A DNA stretch of 64,000 nt from Squalus acanthias. Lineage: Eukaryota. Positions within the stretch are counted from its first letter, which is position 1. The number at the start of each line of letters is the position of its first letter. The notes beneath the pieces were generated by a model. It was not told the origin of the DNA, made no database searches, and worked only from the letters and a program-made list of their open reading frames with translations. Of the stretch, positions 37,851 through 51,076 are shown in pieces. The translations under genes were made by a program, and so were the position numbers. The DNA lies in assembly GCA_030390025.1 (NCBI GenBank), contig CM059432.1, positions 25,484,001 to 25,548,000 on the forward strand, in the 5' to 3' direction.

Positions 37851-39593
37851 TGTAGAATTCGCAATATATCGCAATTTTATTAATAAGGAGAAAAACACAT
37901 AGTTTCGTTCAAACAGCTTTTATTTCAGCAGAATGCTGTCAGGTTTTCAAAGTGGACACAAGCAGCTTGTAAAATGGCCGCCGCACCTCGTGACAGAACA
38001 TTCTAGACTTTTCGACAGGCAGACAAGATGGCGTTCCAATAAACATTTGTGCAAGATCGATTAAGACTCAGCACATTGAAGATAATACACGAGACATCAT
38101 GGGTTTACAGTATACACATAAATACTGAAATCGGTCTCCCAGGTACGAATAAGAGCTATTGTACCAAGCAATCAAGAACCCATCCAAAGACATTAATATG
38201 TAAAATCCCAACGACTCTACGATGAGAGAGCCGTTAGCGGGTAGTTACAGAAAACACTTGGAAGCCCCAAAACCCCTCCGGGGAGAACACCGACCGATTA
38301 AACAATGGGAGAAATATTAACAGGTGCTCAGACATTTACGAGTAGCCCCGAAACCCATTAAAACGAAGATCACCCTATACAAGACATTTGAGCGCCAAAC
38401 CCTAACAAAAGAAAAGACATTAAGGTTGGGCGGGAAACGGAAGATTTTGCACTATAATTGCAAGCTCCAAACCGTCCATCTCCCTCTTCCTCGTGGCTGC
38501 TCCTGTGCTCTTGACCTCTTATTCGGTTGACTCTTATCTTGCTGGTGTTTATCCTCGTGGCTGCTCTTGAATCGCCGTCTTGTTCCTGCTTGCCTCGTGT
38601 CTCTTTTCAAAAGACTGTTGAACTTTACGATCCGCTCGGATCTACCCCGGGTCGTGTCGCGAAGACCTGTGTAGAACTGGGCTCTGAAGCCTTGAAGCGG
38701 GCGCACCATCCCGATAAGTCGGTAAACGGTGTTGGAACCGAAGGCCCGAGATGAGATGAGATGAGATGAGATGAGATGAGAAGAGAAGAAGACCATACTT
38801 ATCGCCACGGTCAGTAAGCTCCGACCGCGCCTGTAGGTCGAATAGACATTTTCCTTGCCAGGAAGACTTCTTCGAGTTTTACAGAACTGACAGGAAGACT
38901 ACTTTTCGAATTCTATCGCATCCGTGCGAGGGCACAGGAAGACTCTTTTTTGAGTATAGTCGGAACTCCGAGGACAACACAGATCTTCATGACAGCAGAC
39001 GTTCCAGCCTGCTAGCCGGAGCAGAAACGAGTAAACAAGTGGGGCCAGGAGACCCCCCTGATCGACACGTGGGTGCTGCGGTGAAAAACATCCGATCAGA
39101 GTTTTCGGAATTCTCCGAGTTATCACGAGTGGTGAGCATGAGTCTCGAATCCTACGAATCTAGCTTAGGACAGATATTGATAGGGGAGGGTTTTAGGTAT
39201 TAAGGATAATTGTAATGTGTGCCCCCATTTACGATGTGTCGTTCGTTCCTCGTTTCCCTGAAATTAGTTACATAACTGCGTGTAAGATTGTACTGTCATT
39301 AATCTGTGCTTATGACATGTATTTCGTAATCTTAAATATTATGCAATAAAGATTTTTCCATTTCGTACCATTCAACCGAGTCTACCTGAGTTTCATCTCC
39401 ATTATTGCTCTCGCATCTAAGTCCAGTGTCTAGAACCGTAAGGGCGAGTGGGTCGAACCACTCACAGGTGTGTATAGTGCTCCCAGACTGGCTGGAGACC
39501 AGAACAGGCAACAAGGCCTAAACCCGCACTAGCACCCGGGCTGCACAGAGCCACACGAATCTCACAGGCTGAGAGACAAAAAAAACCCTTACA
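37851..39593 (+). mobile_element. 1743-bp solo-LTR-like element (ERV or LTR retrotransposon, family unknown)
   Basis: TGTAG...TTACA termini; 4-bp TSD AATA (37847-37850, 39594-39597); removing it restores a CR1 tail CATAAGAAATA|AGAGCAGGAGTAG like the one at about 9400; AATAAA at 39345-39350; CpG-rich. Confidence 0.82.
38748..38781. repeat. (GAGAT)n microsatellite inside the solo LTR
   Basis: Six perfect GAGAT units plus a partial unit. Confidence 0.9.
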
Positions 39594-42500
39594 AATAAGA
39601 GCAGGAGTAGATCATACGGCCCCTCGAGCCTGCTCCGCCATTCAATAAGATGATGGCTGATCATTGACCTCAACTCCACTTTCCCGCCCGTTACTACAGA
39701 CAGCAAGGAAACCATCCCCACTGGTGAGGACAGAATTGGACACAGCTGTGATACCCTCCACAGTCAAATAGTGAGTACTGGCAAGGTATCACATGAAGAG
39801 TGGTAACTTGACTGGGCTACTGGAGGGCCTCACAAACACTACCCCAGCAAGAGTTAGCATCTTCAGGAAAGGAAGAGGGAAGAAAGGGCAGTCGTTCATT
39901 TAAAAAAATCTAACCTGCTTTATTCTGTCTAATTCTGAAAATGGCTCTTTAAATACATTTGTACTTTGTGTCACTTTTGCTGCTGACAAATCTCCATCTC
40001 AATATGCTGACAGTTCTGAAAAAATGCTTCCTGTCATGGGAATAGATTGACGAGCTGCACATAGATACAATTTGAAGCTATAAAAAGGGGAAAAAATGCA
40101 CAAATGCTCTCAATCGGAAATAAAACAGGTGTCAATCAGCGCCTGAGCGAGAAAAAGACAGGTTTATATTTCATAACCTAACCTCCTCATCAAAACTGGC
40201 ATGGTCAGAATGGAGAGAACCCTTTATAAAACAAGGCGGGAGATCAGAGAACAGCACGTAGCGCCCAAGAGAAAGAAAGAACTTTCATTTATATAGCGCC
40301 TTTCATGACCTCAGGATGTCCTCCTCTCTCTCCTCATTTAAGACATTGCTTATAACCTACCTTCTTTGGTTCGGTGTCAATTTTTTTATCTGATTACGCT
40401 CCTGTAAAGTGCCTTGAGACTTTTTACTATGATAAAGGCGCACGGTAAAGGCAAGTTGTTGTTGTTTAACTGTGATCTGAAAGAGAAACATTAAACTGTT
40501 TCACTTTCAGCTACTGACAAACCCGTTGCGTGTTACCTCGTTATTTTTTCCAATGTTAAGAGTTTGGAGACTCTAATATTACCACATTTATCCAACATCT
40601 ATGGTTATACAAATGGGCGCCAGGTTTATTTTGAGGACAGCTGAATGACTGAGCGTGCCCTTCACAAAATGAACTGCTTAATGGACCTTTTCATTTGTAT
40701 TTTAATCTCTGCAGGTGGGAGTATGTCCACAAAGCAACTGTGAGAAATGGAAATATATTTTGGGTTGCCCTCTGTGATTAGTTTTGGCCGTAGGCCTAAT
40801 TTTGGAATGAGCTTCAACTGGGACTTGCCATCAGTTCACTCTGGAAGAGGTGAACCAGAGGTCAATGGAGCAGCCAAAGGCTAGAACCATTTACTAGGTA
40901 CATTGGTGTACAGTAGTCAGTTTCTTAGTAAATTAAAAAGGTAATACTTAAAAGCTTTTAAAATGTGCCTATTGTCGTCCTTGCGCCTAAAAACCAAGCT
41001 TAATTTTAAGAGCCGCCTCGAAGGCCCGTACACGAGCGCAATTAGCAGAAACTCGCCATGCTGATTAATTCGATCTGGGGCCTTGGCCATCTTTGTGGGC
41101 AGGGTCGGCTTCTAGCGCCATGTTTTTCTAAAATAGCACAAAAGATCGTGGAAACTCGATTTGCGCTGGATGTAATTTGCGCTCGAAATTCCTCGATGTT
41201 TTGCACTGGTTTGGCCAATTTCAGGCAAATTGCGCCGAAAAAGAACAGCGCCTCCTAGTGGAAACTCCAGGCCAGGCAGCTTTCCTCAGCCTAAATAATG
41301 ACCTGTCAGCAATATCGCCAGAACGCACAGCTTTAAAACATAAGATTCCCATGAATTTGACTTAATTGGAGGTAGCCACTAACAATACACCTGCAATAAT
41401 GATCCTTTAGTGCTTCTCTCAGCTAACCAGCCACTTAACCAGTGTAAATGTCAGAAAGTTTGCAATCCAGTAATGGAGCGTGTAATTTGTGAGGACAACT
41501 TTGAGCACCAAATTTAAAAAACAGTCTAGCAACCAAATGCCGCACCACTGTTAACTTCCACTGTGGAAAAACACAAGCAGGTGGCAAGAAGGGACGGTCG
41601 ACCTTCAAATATACAAAGGAGGGGCCAAGCATTGCAATATGTCACTCAGTGGAGTTAATGATAACTATAGGCGATGGTGTAAATTGGGTGATATCAAATT
41701 GGCCGCCCATTAAACGCCCGGCCCGATTCCCCTTCCATTGACTTCAATGGCAAGGAAAATAGGGCGTGGTGTTTAATGGGCGGTTACTTCGATATTGCTC
41801 GTTTTACACTATCACTCAAAGTTAAAATTACCCCCAAAGAGTGAGTGCGATGTCAGCAGCTCAGCAGAACTGGCTAGGGGGCTAGAAGAAGATGCACGAC
41901 TTAAAGAGAAGCACAATGGAGGATTACTATAGTTTAGCACTCTTGAGAGTTAGGAGAGTCTCGGAGAGTTTCACTAGGGGAGAGGAAGATGCAAAGCAGG
42001 AAAGATTATGGGGAAACCGGAAGCTTGGTCAAAGAGGTAAATTTTTAAGACACTTTTCAAGAAAGGCAGAGTTCCAAAGAGAAGGTGGGTTGTGGCTGAT
42101 AGATTAGCCTCCAAGGTGGAGCAGAGGGAGCTGGGAACAATAAGTAATCCAATATCAGAGGAGCAGGGAACGTGAGCTGGGAATCTAGCCAGAGAAGCCC
42201 ATTCAGATAAAGTAGGGGTGAGACTTTAGAGGAATTTTAAAAATACAGTACAGGACAAGAAGGAAAATAATCATTAAAGATAGATGCAAAACACCTGAAA
42301 CAACTTCCTCCATGCCCGAAGCCAATCGTTGATTTATGCAGGAGAAAAACTCTGGAAGGTATTGGGACTTCTGTGATTGGAAGTGTCTACAAATCTGAAT
42401 TACTGTTGAAGTGCAGTCACCGTTTTTATGTCTGCTAACATGGCAGCCAATTTGCACAGAGGAAGTTCCCATAAACAATAAATGAGATAGAAAAGTCCCG

Positions 42501-42835
42501 CAAATGGTAAATGAGATGAATGACCCGTTTTTTTGGCAGTATTAGTTGAGGAAGAAATGTTAGCCAAGACACCATGAGAACTCCCTGCTCTTCTTTGACG
42601 AGAATGGGATTGTTTATGTCCACCTAAATAGGCAGAAGGGACCTTAGTTTAATGTCCTGTCTGTAAGACAAGCAATAGATTGTAAATCGGACGGGTTCTA
42701 CAAAAGGTGGGCAATTGGTCCGCCAGATAACCGTGCAGGTGGCAAAGTTGAAAATTTTCCTCAGTGCCTCCACCAATTTAGTGCTCCCTCTATGCTCCCT
42801 CTATGCTCCCTCTATGCTCCCTCACTCAACATTAT

Positions 42836-43692
42836 GGCCGCGATTTCGCAAATGGATGCGGCTTGGGAGCGGGTCAGCTGGTTTCCGGTTTCCAGTCCCA
42901 CCCCCAACTGCATCCAGCCCACGGACGTGATTTTACGTCGATTGACCTTGTTAAGCCCGCCCTGCGGGCTTGCCGACCAATTAAGAGGAAGCCGCTCAGA
43001 TAATATCATTTGATGATGCGTCATCTGCCGGTTTTCTTAAAGGGGCCACACACAATTTTTCTTTGATGGCTCATTTCTCAGTGTTTGACAGCATTGAGGT
43101 GCTGCAAACACTGACAATCACTGTTCAAAGGTGAGCTCTTGCACCCAGACTCTCCAATGACTCCCTCCATAGGCTAGAACAGATGGCAGCTGCAGGTGAG
43201 GTTACAGAAGCAATCTGTCACTGGTGAGAGAGGTTCTCCCAATGAGGTGGCACTAGACAGCCAATTCAAAACTTGTTACCTACAGAAACATGTAACTGCA
43301 TTAAAAATGATTTTCCCAACATTTTCTTACCTCTGAAACTCACCAGTGCACCATTGGATCCTTCACACCACTTCTGCAGCCTGTCATCAATGCAGAAACA
43401 TTACAGCAGACTCACAACACGCCACACTTACCTGGCGTGGTGTCCGGACGTCGGGGAACCCAAGGCAGAAGCGGCAACATTGAAAAAGAGCCTGTTAACA
43501 AGCCAAGTAAGTAGCTATAGTCCTCTTCCCATCGCTAGGTGTCGAGTCCATGCGCAAATCGGGGACCCGACACTTGGGAAGATTGATTGGAGGCAGGTTG
43601 ACAGCGGGTTTCCTATCCGCTGTCAATCTTTGCGATTTTGACAGCGGTCCCACCTCCAATCCCGCAATCTGAGGACCGGCAAAATTCCGGCC
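42836..43692. mobile_element. MITE family B (truncated second copy at about 13055-13860)
   Basis: TIR GGCCGCGATTTCGC / GCAAAATTCCGGCC; TSD TAT; high identity with 13055-13860. Confidence 0.85.
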
Positions 43693-44298
43693 TATGTGTT
43701 CAAGTCCTGAAGTGGTACTTAACCCACAGCCATCTGACTGAGAGGCAAAAGTGCCACCAACTCAGCCAAGCTGACACCCTGTGTCTTGAAGGATTTGTTA
43801 CATTAACATGTGCATACAAGCTAATTGTGCACAAGGATATAATAGTGCATGTAACGACAATACAGTACCCAAATGGATACACGTGCTTACATCTCATAAT
43901 GTCCCATTTGCTCTCTACACAGAGCAAGAAGAACTCAGTGGTCAACCAGGTGAAAGAGCACAATTCACCTGAGCATCAACTATCCGGCTTGAAGCAAGCA
44001 TCAGCACCAATACACACGACAGGAGGAATGTGAGGCAACAACCCCTGGTGAGGAAGGGTAACTACTACATGTTTGTAGCTAAAGTAAAATCTTTGCTTTT
44101 CAATTTTACTGTATAGTGCAAAGTGTTGTATTTGTTCATAATTGATGACTTTAACAAGGCCTTGATAAATTTTTAAAAATCACCTTTTTTTCTTTCACAG
44201 TTCAATGGACATTTTTAACCTTTTTTGTGGGAGATTAGCAATCCTTTGAGCACTGTTAAACGTGGCTGAACAAGCTTTCTGGAATTTCTCGCAGCATC

Positions 44299-45819
44299 TG
44301 TGGTAGGTAAAATTTTGGAGTCCATTATTAAGGAAACAGTAACAGGACATTTGGATAATCATAATTTAATAGGACAAAGTCAGCATGGTTTTACGAAGGG
44401 GAAGTCATGTTTGACAAATTTGCTGGAGTTCTTTGAGGAAGTAACATATAGAGTGGATAAAGGGGAACCAGTGGACGTAGTGTATTTAGACTTCCAAAAG
44501 GCATTTGACAAGGTGCCACACAAAGGATTATTGCTTAAGGTAAAAAATCACGGGATTGGGGGTAATATTCTGGCATGGATAGAGGATTGGCTATCTAACA
44601 GAAAGTAAAGAGTTGGGATAAATGGTTCATTCTCAGACTGGCAATCAGTAACTAGTGGTGTTCCACAGGGGTCAGTGCTGGGTCCCCAACTCTTTACAAT
44701 CTATATTAACGATTTGGAGGAAGGGACCAAGTGTAACATATCAACATTTGCAGATGATACAAAGATGGGAGGGAAAGTAGTGAGTGAGGAGGACATAAAA
44801 AACCTGCAAGGGGACATAGACAGGCTAAGTAAGTGGGCAGAGATTTGGCAGATGGAATACAACACTGGAAAGTGTGAGGTGATGCACTTTGGCAGGAAAA
44901 ATCCTAGAGCAATTTATTATCTTAATGGCAAGAAACTGGAGAGTACTGAAGTGCAAAGGGATCTGGGGGTCCTGGTGCACGAAACTCAAAAGGTTAGTAT
45001 GCAGGTGCAGCAAGTGATTAAGAAGGCAAATGGAATGTTGGCTTTCATTGCTAGGGGGATAGAATATAAAAATAGGGAGGTATTGCTTCAGTTGTACAAG
45101 GTATTGGTGAGACCGCACCTGGAATACTGCATACAGTTTTGGTGTCCTTACTTAAGGAAAGACATCCTTGCTCTCGAGGCAGTGCAAAAAAGGTTCACTC
45201 GGTTAATCCCGGGGATGAGGGGGTGGTCATATGAGGAGAGGTTGGGTAGATTGGGACTCTACTCATTGGAGTTCAGAAGAATGAGAGGCGAACTTATTGA
45301 AACATATAAGATTGTGAAGGGGTTGGATCGGGTGGATGCGGGGAGGATGTTCCCGATGACGGGTGAGACTAGAACTAGGGGACATAGTCTTAGAATAAGG
45401 GGCTGCTCTTTCAAAACTGAGATGAGGAGGAACTACTTCACTCAGAGGGTGGTAGGTCCATGGAATATGCTGCCACAAAAAGCTGTAGAAGCTACATCAT
45501 TAAATAAATTTAAAACAGAAATAGACAGTTTCCTAGAAGTAAAGGGCATTAAGGGTTACGGGGAGCGGGCAGGAATTTGGACATGAGTCTAGGTTCGGAT
45601 CGGTCATGGCCCTGTGGGTAGTGGAGCGGGCCCAGGGACCGTGTAGCCTGATTCTGCTCCTATTTCGTGTGTGCAATTCTGTTAGATGCAGGAGATGGTT
45701 CTGTGATAGTAGATTGGCGGTTAGGATCAGATCAGCCATGATCTTATTGAATGGCGGAGCAGGCTCGAGGGGCCGATTGGCCTACTCCTGCTCCTATTTC
45801 TTATGTTCTTATGTTCTTA
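44299..45819 (+). mobile_element. 5'-truncated CR1 LINE; RT frame with a single premature stop (44606-44608)
   Basis: QHGFTKGKSCLTNL, YLDFQKAFDKVPH, GVPQGSVLGP, FADDTK; ORFs 44300-44608 and 44675-45586 share a frame; (TTCTTATG)n tail. Confidence 0.95.
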
Positions 45820-46964
45820 TTACACTATCCTTAACTCACATTTTTTCACTAAAAGCATCAGAGAGATGAATATTGACCCAAAACATTTTTCTCCCTCTCC
45901 TCCCCCCCACACCCCAAACAATTCATTATTGTAAACATTGCGTGCTACAAATGCCACACATAATCACCACATACCACAGCTGACCTCGCCTCTTCAAACT
46001 CACTGTCACTCTGCTGGCAGTCTCACTTACAGCCACTTCCGAGATATGGGAAAATGCAACCTGACAGCATGTCCAATGTCTCTATCAATTAAGAAGCCTT
46101 AATGGCTCTGGTCAGTCCAGTCTCGACATTCACTTCCAGATGTGTCACCAGACAGCGCATTGGGAGAATGTCCAGAGGCGAGAAGAAATCTGCTAAATGG
46201 AGAGTGCGAGGTTTGATTTTCCATTCATATGATGGCTGTAAAAATAAAGTAGAAAAGAACAGCTGATCCCAGTCAGGCCACAGTCTTTGTCTTTTCTTAT
46301 TTCTCCAGTGTTGTCCAACTATAATCAGTAAAGGACAAAATGATTCAAGCCAATTTTCCAAACGCATACTCTTGTTGCTGAGTCTCACCCACTGGAAGTA
46401 CGAACCGGGAATTTGTGGGACTTTTTCCACTTGTGCAGAAAATTGTGAGCCGTGCTCACCTGCGACTTCCTGACACTGCCCAGGGTCGGCGTTAGGACAG
46501 TGTAACCCGTGCAATTGAACCAGGCCCTGAGAGGATCCAATAAAAGACAATGGTAATAGCTGAGCCCTGATCTTTTTTGTTAAACTATTTTTATATTACC
46601 TATTGAAAACATAGCTTTTCATGATCGCACATGTGTGGAGTTGACACCAGATTCAGTCGGTTGTATTTAATATCATTGGTTCTTAAAATATAAGGGCCCC
46701 AAGCCGAACCACTAAGGAAAGACTTGCATTTATAGCGCTTTTTACAACTTCGGGCTGTCCCAAAGCACTTTACAACCAATAAAATAATTTTAAAGTGTAG
46801 TCACTGTTGTAATGTAGGAAACACGGCAGCCAATTTGCACGCAGCAAGCTCCCACAAACAGCAATGAGATAAATGACCAGATCATCTGATTTGGTGTTGT
46901 TGGTTGAGGGATAAATGTTAGGCAGATCATTGGGAAAAATTCCCTTGCTCTTCTTCAAAAAGTG

Positions 46965-47604
46965 ATGAGGCTGAGGCTGTTGAAGAGCAGACTGCAAGAG
47001 ATGAGTGACACCTTGAAAGCCCCTATCCATGTGGTTCACCAGTCTCTCCAAGATGGAGCTTCCTTGGAGCCCTGAGTCTAGATGGCAGCAGTTTGAGCTT
47101 CCATGAAGCTTCAAAGGCCAGTGGCACAGGTTCCTGGTATGAGCATGTTCCATGGTAGGCTGCAGAGTGCTGATGCCGTGTGACAGGATACCACATAAGG
47201 TGGCGTTAGTAGGTCTGTTGCCAAGTGATAAGCAAAGAGATGTAGAAATGAAGAGCTATACTCAACCTAACTGCCCTTGTTAGATCATTGAAGTGTTTTC
47301 TGCATTGAATCCAGGCCCTGGGGGTAATTGTCCAGGTACTCACAAGCTCAGCCACCTCTCTCCAGGCCTGCTCTATGTAGGCATTTGGAATCTTCTTCCC
47401 ATTTAAGAGGTGCATTCATGCTTTAAATGTGCCTCGGGGGGAGGGAGGGGTGGTGTCCATTGGAAAGTAGGCAGCCCACCAATCAGATGCAATTGAGGCC
47501 AGGGAATCAAAATTGACCGGGCCTTACACTGATGATGTTGGGCGGGTTTGACAGTCACCCTGACCCCCACCCGCCCAAAACCCACTCTCAGTTAAAATTG
47601 CCTC
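46965..47604 (-). mobile_element. Harbinger fragment with Myb/SANT exon relic and terminal repeat
   Basis: EQAWREVAELVSTWTITPRAWIQCRKHFNDLTR in 47206-47415; GTTAAAATTGCCTC TIR-like end near 47591-47604. Confidence 0.72.
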
Positions 47605-48102
47605 AGTATGTACCAAAAGTTACTGAGATGCTGATAGACCCACGAAGTACTTCCACTATTTACCAATGTTATTTCAGCTCTTACGTATTTATTCTCAATG
47701 TGATGGTGTAGAAGCTGCTTTAAAAAAAAGTGCCTCACATTAAGAAGAATATTTACAGAAACAGAATAAATGTATCTTTGAACCTTACACTTGCCATAGT
47801 TATAATATTGTGTCTCAGAAAGGTTATAGCAGATGATAATCTATAATAAAGTCAACACAGTGGTTCACCTTTCAAAGATTTCCTGTCTGCTATGCATTGT
47901 TGTATTTCCATTCCCTGTACTTGAGGTTTGAGCTAAGAGTGAAATTCTAAAATGTGGGAAAGGATTGCCTGAAATGAGCCCTGATGCCTGCAGCCAGCTC
48001 ATTAACCCTGCTTGCTTCAGTTATAACTCTTGGAGAGTGTGAAGCTCCACGATGAAGCTGGGGGCATGGTGCAAGTATAGAGTAAGCTCCTCCTAACATG
48101 AT

Positions 48103-48857
48103 GGGCCGGATATTCCGATCCCTACGGGTGTGTATACGCTGTGTACCCACCCGTAGGGACATCGGAAATGCCGGTTTCAGGCATGCACTGCACATGCGCT
48201 GGAAACTGGCATTTCTGATCTGTCAAGAAAGCTCTTGACAGATCCTCTGGCTGCCCTGGAGAAGGGCCTCTGCGGGCGGATAGTTCCGCTTTTTGGAGAC
48301 CCTCCGCCCGCAGAAAACCTTTACAATTCTTGCGCTTGGTAAAAGCAGGCGTAATGTCTGCTTTTACCAGGATAAGAGTTGAAAAAGTTAAAAAAAAATT
48401 CACTGATTTATCATTTAAAAATACTTTAAAACAAAGGTAAGTTTATTTTTAGTCCCGTAAAAAACTTTAATTATTTTTTTCAAAAATTAAAATTTTTGTT
48501 TAAAATAGTTAATTTATTGTAATTTCAAGTCATTTTAAAAATGTGATTTAAAAAAAAAATGTATTTAAAGTTTTACTATGTTTTGGGGGTGATCGCCATT
48601 CATATATTTGACAGGTCTTCCTGTCAAATGTATGAAGGGAGATTCCCTTCTGTGATTGGCTCCCCATGGCCCACGTGATCCCAGGGATGCTGCGAACTAC
48701 CTGCACCTCTGGGATACGTGGGCCCTGCGCACCTGCAGTTTTGGAGAGGCCCAGCATCGGAATTGTGCGCGTCCTGGGAGCCCTCAGATAAGGGCGCAGA
48801 TTTTTCCAGATCGCAGTCCTCCGCCCGCAGGAGGCCTGCGATCGGAATATCTGGGCC
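48103..48857. mobile_element. MITE family A, second copy
   Basis: 18-bp TIR with 16/18 match; 3-bp TSD GAT. Confidence 0.85.
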
Positions 48858-49423
48858 GATAGCCTTTTCTCATATTTCCAAATCAAGAACACATTTGCCT
48901 GTCAGGTGTTTCAGTATTTTTTGAAGAAGAACAAAGAATTTTCCCGGTCTCCTCGACAGCATTGCACCGTCAACCAACATCACCAAAAACAGAGTAACTG
49001 ATCATTGACCTCGTTGCTGTTTGTGGGGTCTTGTTCTATCCAAAATGGCTGCTGCATTTGCCTACGTAACAGTCACTGCACTTCAAAGCATTAAATTTTG
49101 TAAGTGGCTTACGTTGAGATTTTGCAAGATGCAATATAGCACTGCAAGCCTAGAAGACCAGTGCTATCTGCTTCTGCTATCGCTGATGAAGCCTTTCTGT
49201 CATCTGAGGACAGAGGACGAAAACAGGTACAATGAATTATTGAGTGCTACATGAGTAATAGTTGCGCAGGCCATCGATATTGTTAAGTCCCATTTTGGCA
49301 AGAGGCTCGCAGTATTTTAAGAATTATAATGGCTTACTGCATAATTTTGCCATTGTAATATATTACCACATGGTTTGGTATGAGCATGTGCTGTTCGCTC
49401 TGGCCTAATAAAGCAAGCACATG

Positions 49424-50267
49424 GGGGGCGATTTTGCCAGCCCTGGGGAGGCGGGTAAGGAGGCGGGGCTGCCGGGAAAATGGCTGAATCTGGGGGCGGG
49501 TACTCATCCCGCCCCCAACCCGCCTCCGTGCCATCTTCCCAGGAGGCAGGTACCCGACCCGCACTGGAAGCAGCCTCCCCGAGGCAGGAAGGGGATTAGT
49601 GCCAATTAACTGCCTGTTAACAGGTAGTTTACAGGCAGTTTTTTTGAGAATCCCTATTTCCAGCCCTGAAGTGTGGGCTTCCCGATGGCTCCGAACCACG
49701 ACAGGGCCAGCGAAGCGGGCCGTCGGTCTGCGGGGGTCGGAGGGGTCGAGATGCCCGGTGTGCAGGTGAGTGATGGGTACATATGTGAAGAGGTGAGTGT
49801 GTGAGGTGAGTGTAAAGTGTTTTAATAAGTTTTACTTACCTTTACTTCTTCCTGCAGGCTTCATCCCTTCAGGTCTCGGGAGTCCCTGATCTCACCGGCA
49901 CAGAAAGCAGAATGGCTGCTGAACTGTCAAAAGCTGCAGCCTCTGCTTTCTGCTCAGGAGAGCTCTCTAACTGAGCCTGAGTGGAGGGGCTCAACTTAGA
50001 GGACAGATTGTCAGTGTTTGACAGCTTCACAGAGCCATCAAACATTGACATTTCATCTGTCAAACGCTCTTGACAAATGAAACGTCACTCGCTGACGTCA
50101 CCTGTAACCGCTTTCCCTTCATTGGCCTGCTGAGCCCGCTGGGCAGGCTTAACAAGGTCAATCAAGGGAATATAGCGTGGGTTGGCCACAAGTTGATGGA
50201 GGCGGGACTAAAACCCAACAAGTGGGAGTCCCGCCTCCAAAAGCTCCCCATTGAGAAAATCCAGCCC
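49424..50267. mobile_element. MITE family C (reverse-oriented terminal fragment at about 26162-26360)
   Basis: TIR GGGGGCGATTTT / AAAATCCAGCCC; TSD ATG. Confidence 0.8.
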
Positions 50268-51076
50268 ATGGACTAGCAACTCATCGTGTCTCTGTCCTTC
50301 ATTTGTTCTACCCAAGTATATTACAGCCATTATAATGGAATTGGGCCTTGCACCCAGCCACCTTAAAATAACTGCAACTTCATTTCATTTTGGACCCTTA
50401 TAGCTGGGAGAGAGGGAAGACTTTTATTCCACCATTCTGGGTTGGGTGCCCAGAAGTAAAAAGAAGTGGGAACCACCCAGACCTCTGCACTAATATAACT
50501 TATATCCTTACTCCTATACATCATCCATTTCATTTGACAACCAGTTGAACAGATACTTTAAGGTGAGCACATTATTGGAATCTCATTGCAAACCTTTCAC
50601 TCCTTCTGTTCATAGAATCAGTGACATAAGGGATCACCTGTTTATAAATAGGTAAATGGTGTGTAATGCAGTTTACATTCGATACCCCTTTAAGAGTTTA
50701 CAGAGTGTAATTAACTGTGATGGAGGGTTTTCCCTTTAGGTTTATTCATGCTATGTTATCCTCACCTGTCCGGTGTAACATCACTCACTTTTGCTTGCCA
50801 GGTTATACTAACTGTGTACAAGGGGAGCCACTGTACACGGACATGCACATAGACACATCGCATTGTGTTAAGGATGTATCTGCATATGAGTAGTGGAGCC
50901 CCAAATTTCATAGACCAGAGCAACCAATGTGTTCAGTAAGTGTAATCTAACTGCACTGTATGCTATATCTATCTAGCAGTACAAACCTACCAGGGAAAGA
51001 GTCCAACTCACACTGACATAACGTTACTTCATCTCTGAACAACCACGGTGGGTTGATCTCAGAAGAGGCTCAGATA

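Noticed and set aside
38324..39126. Short ORFs in the solo LTR as viral accessory genes
   Set aside because: All are short (under 120 aa), mostly lack an ATG start, and have no recognisable motifs.
40688..40945. Plus-strand exon after a strong acceptor (TTTTAATCTCTGCAG at about 40714); similar isolated sites at 44200 and 28770
   Set aside because: No convincing open frame or recognisable product; isolated splice-like motifs are expected by chance in 64 kb.
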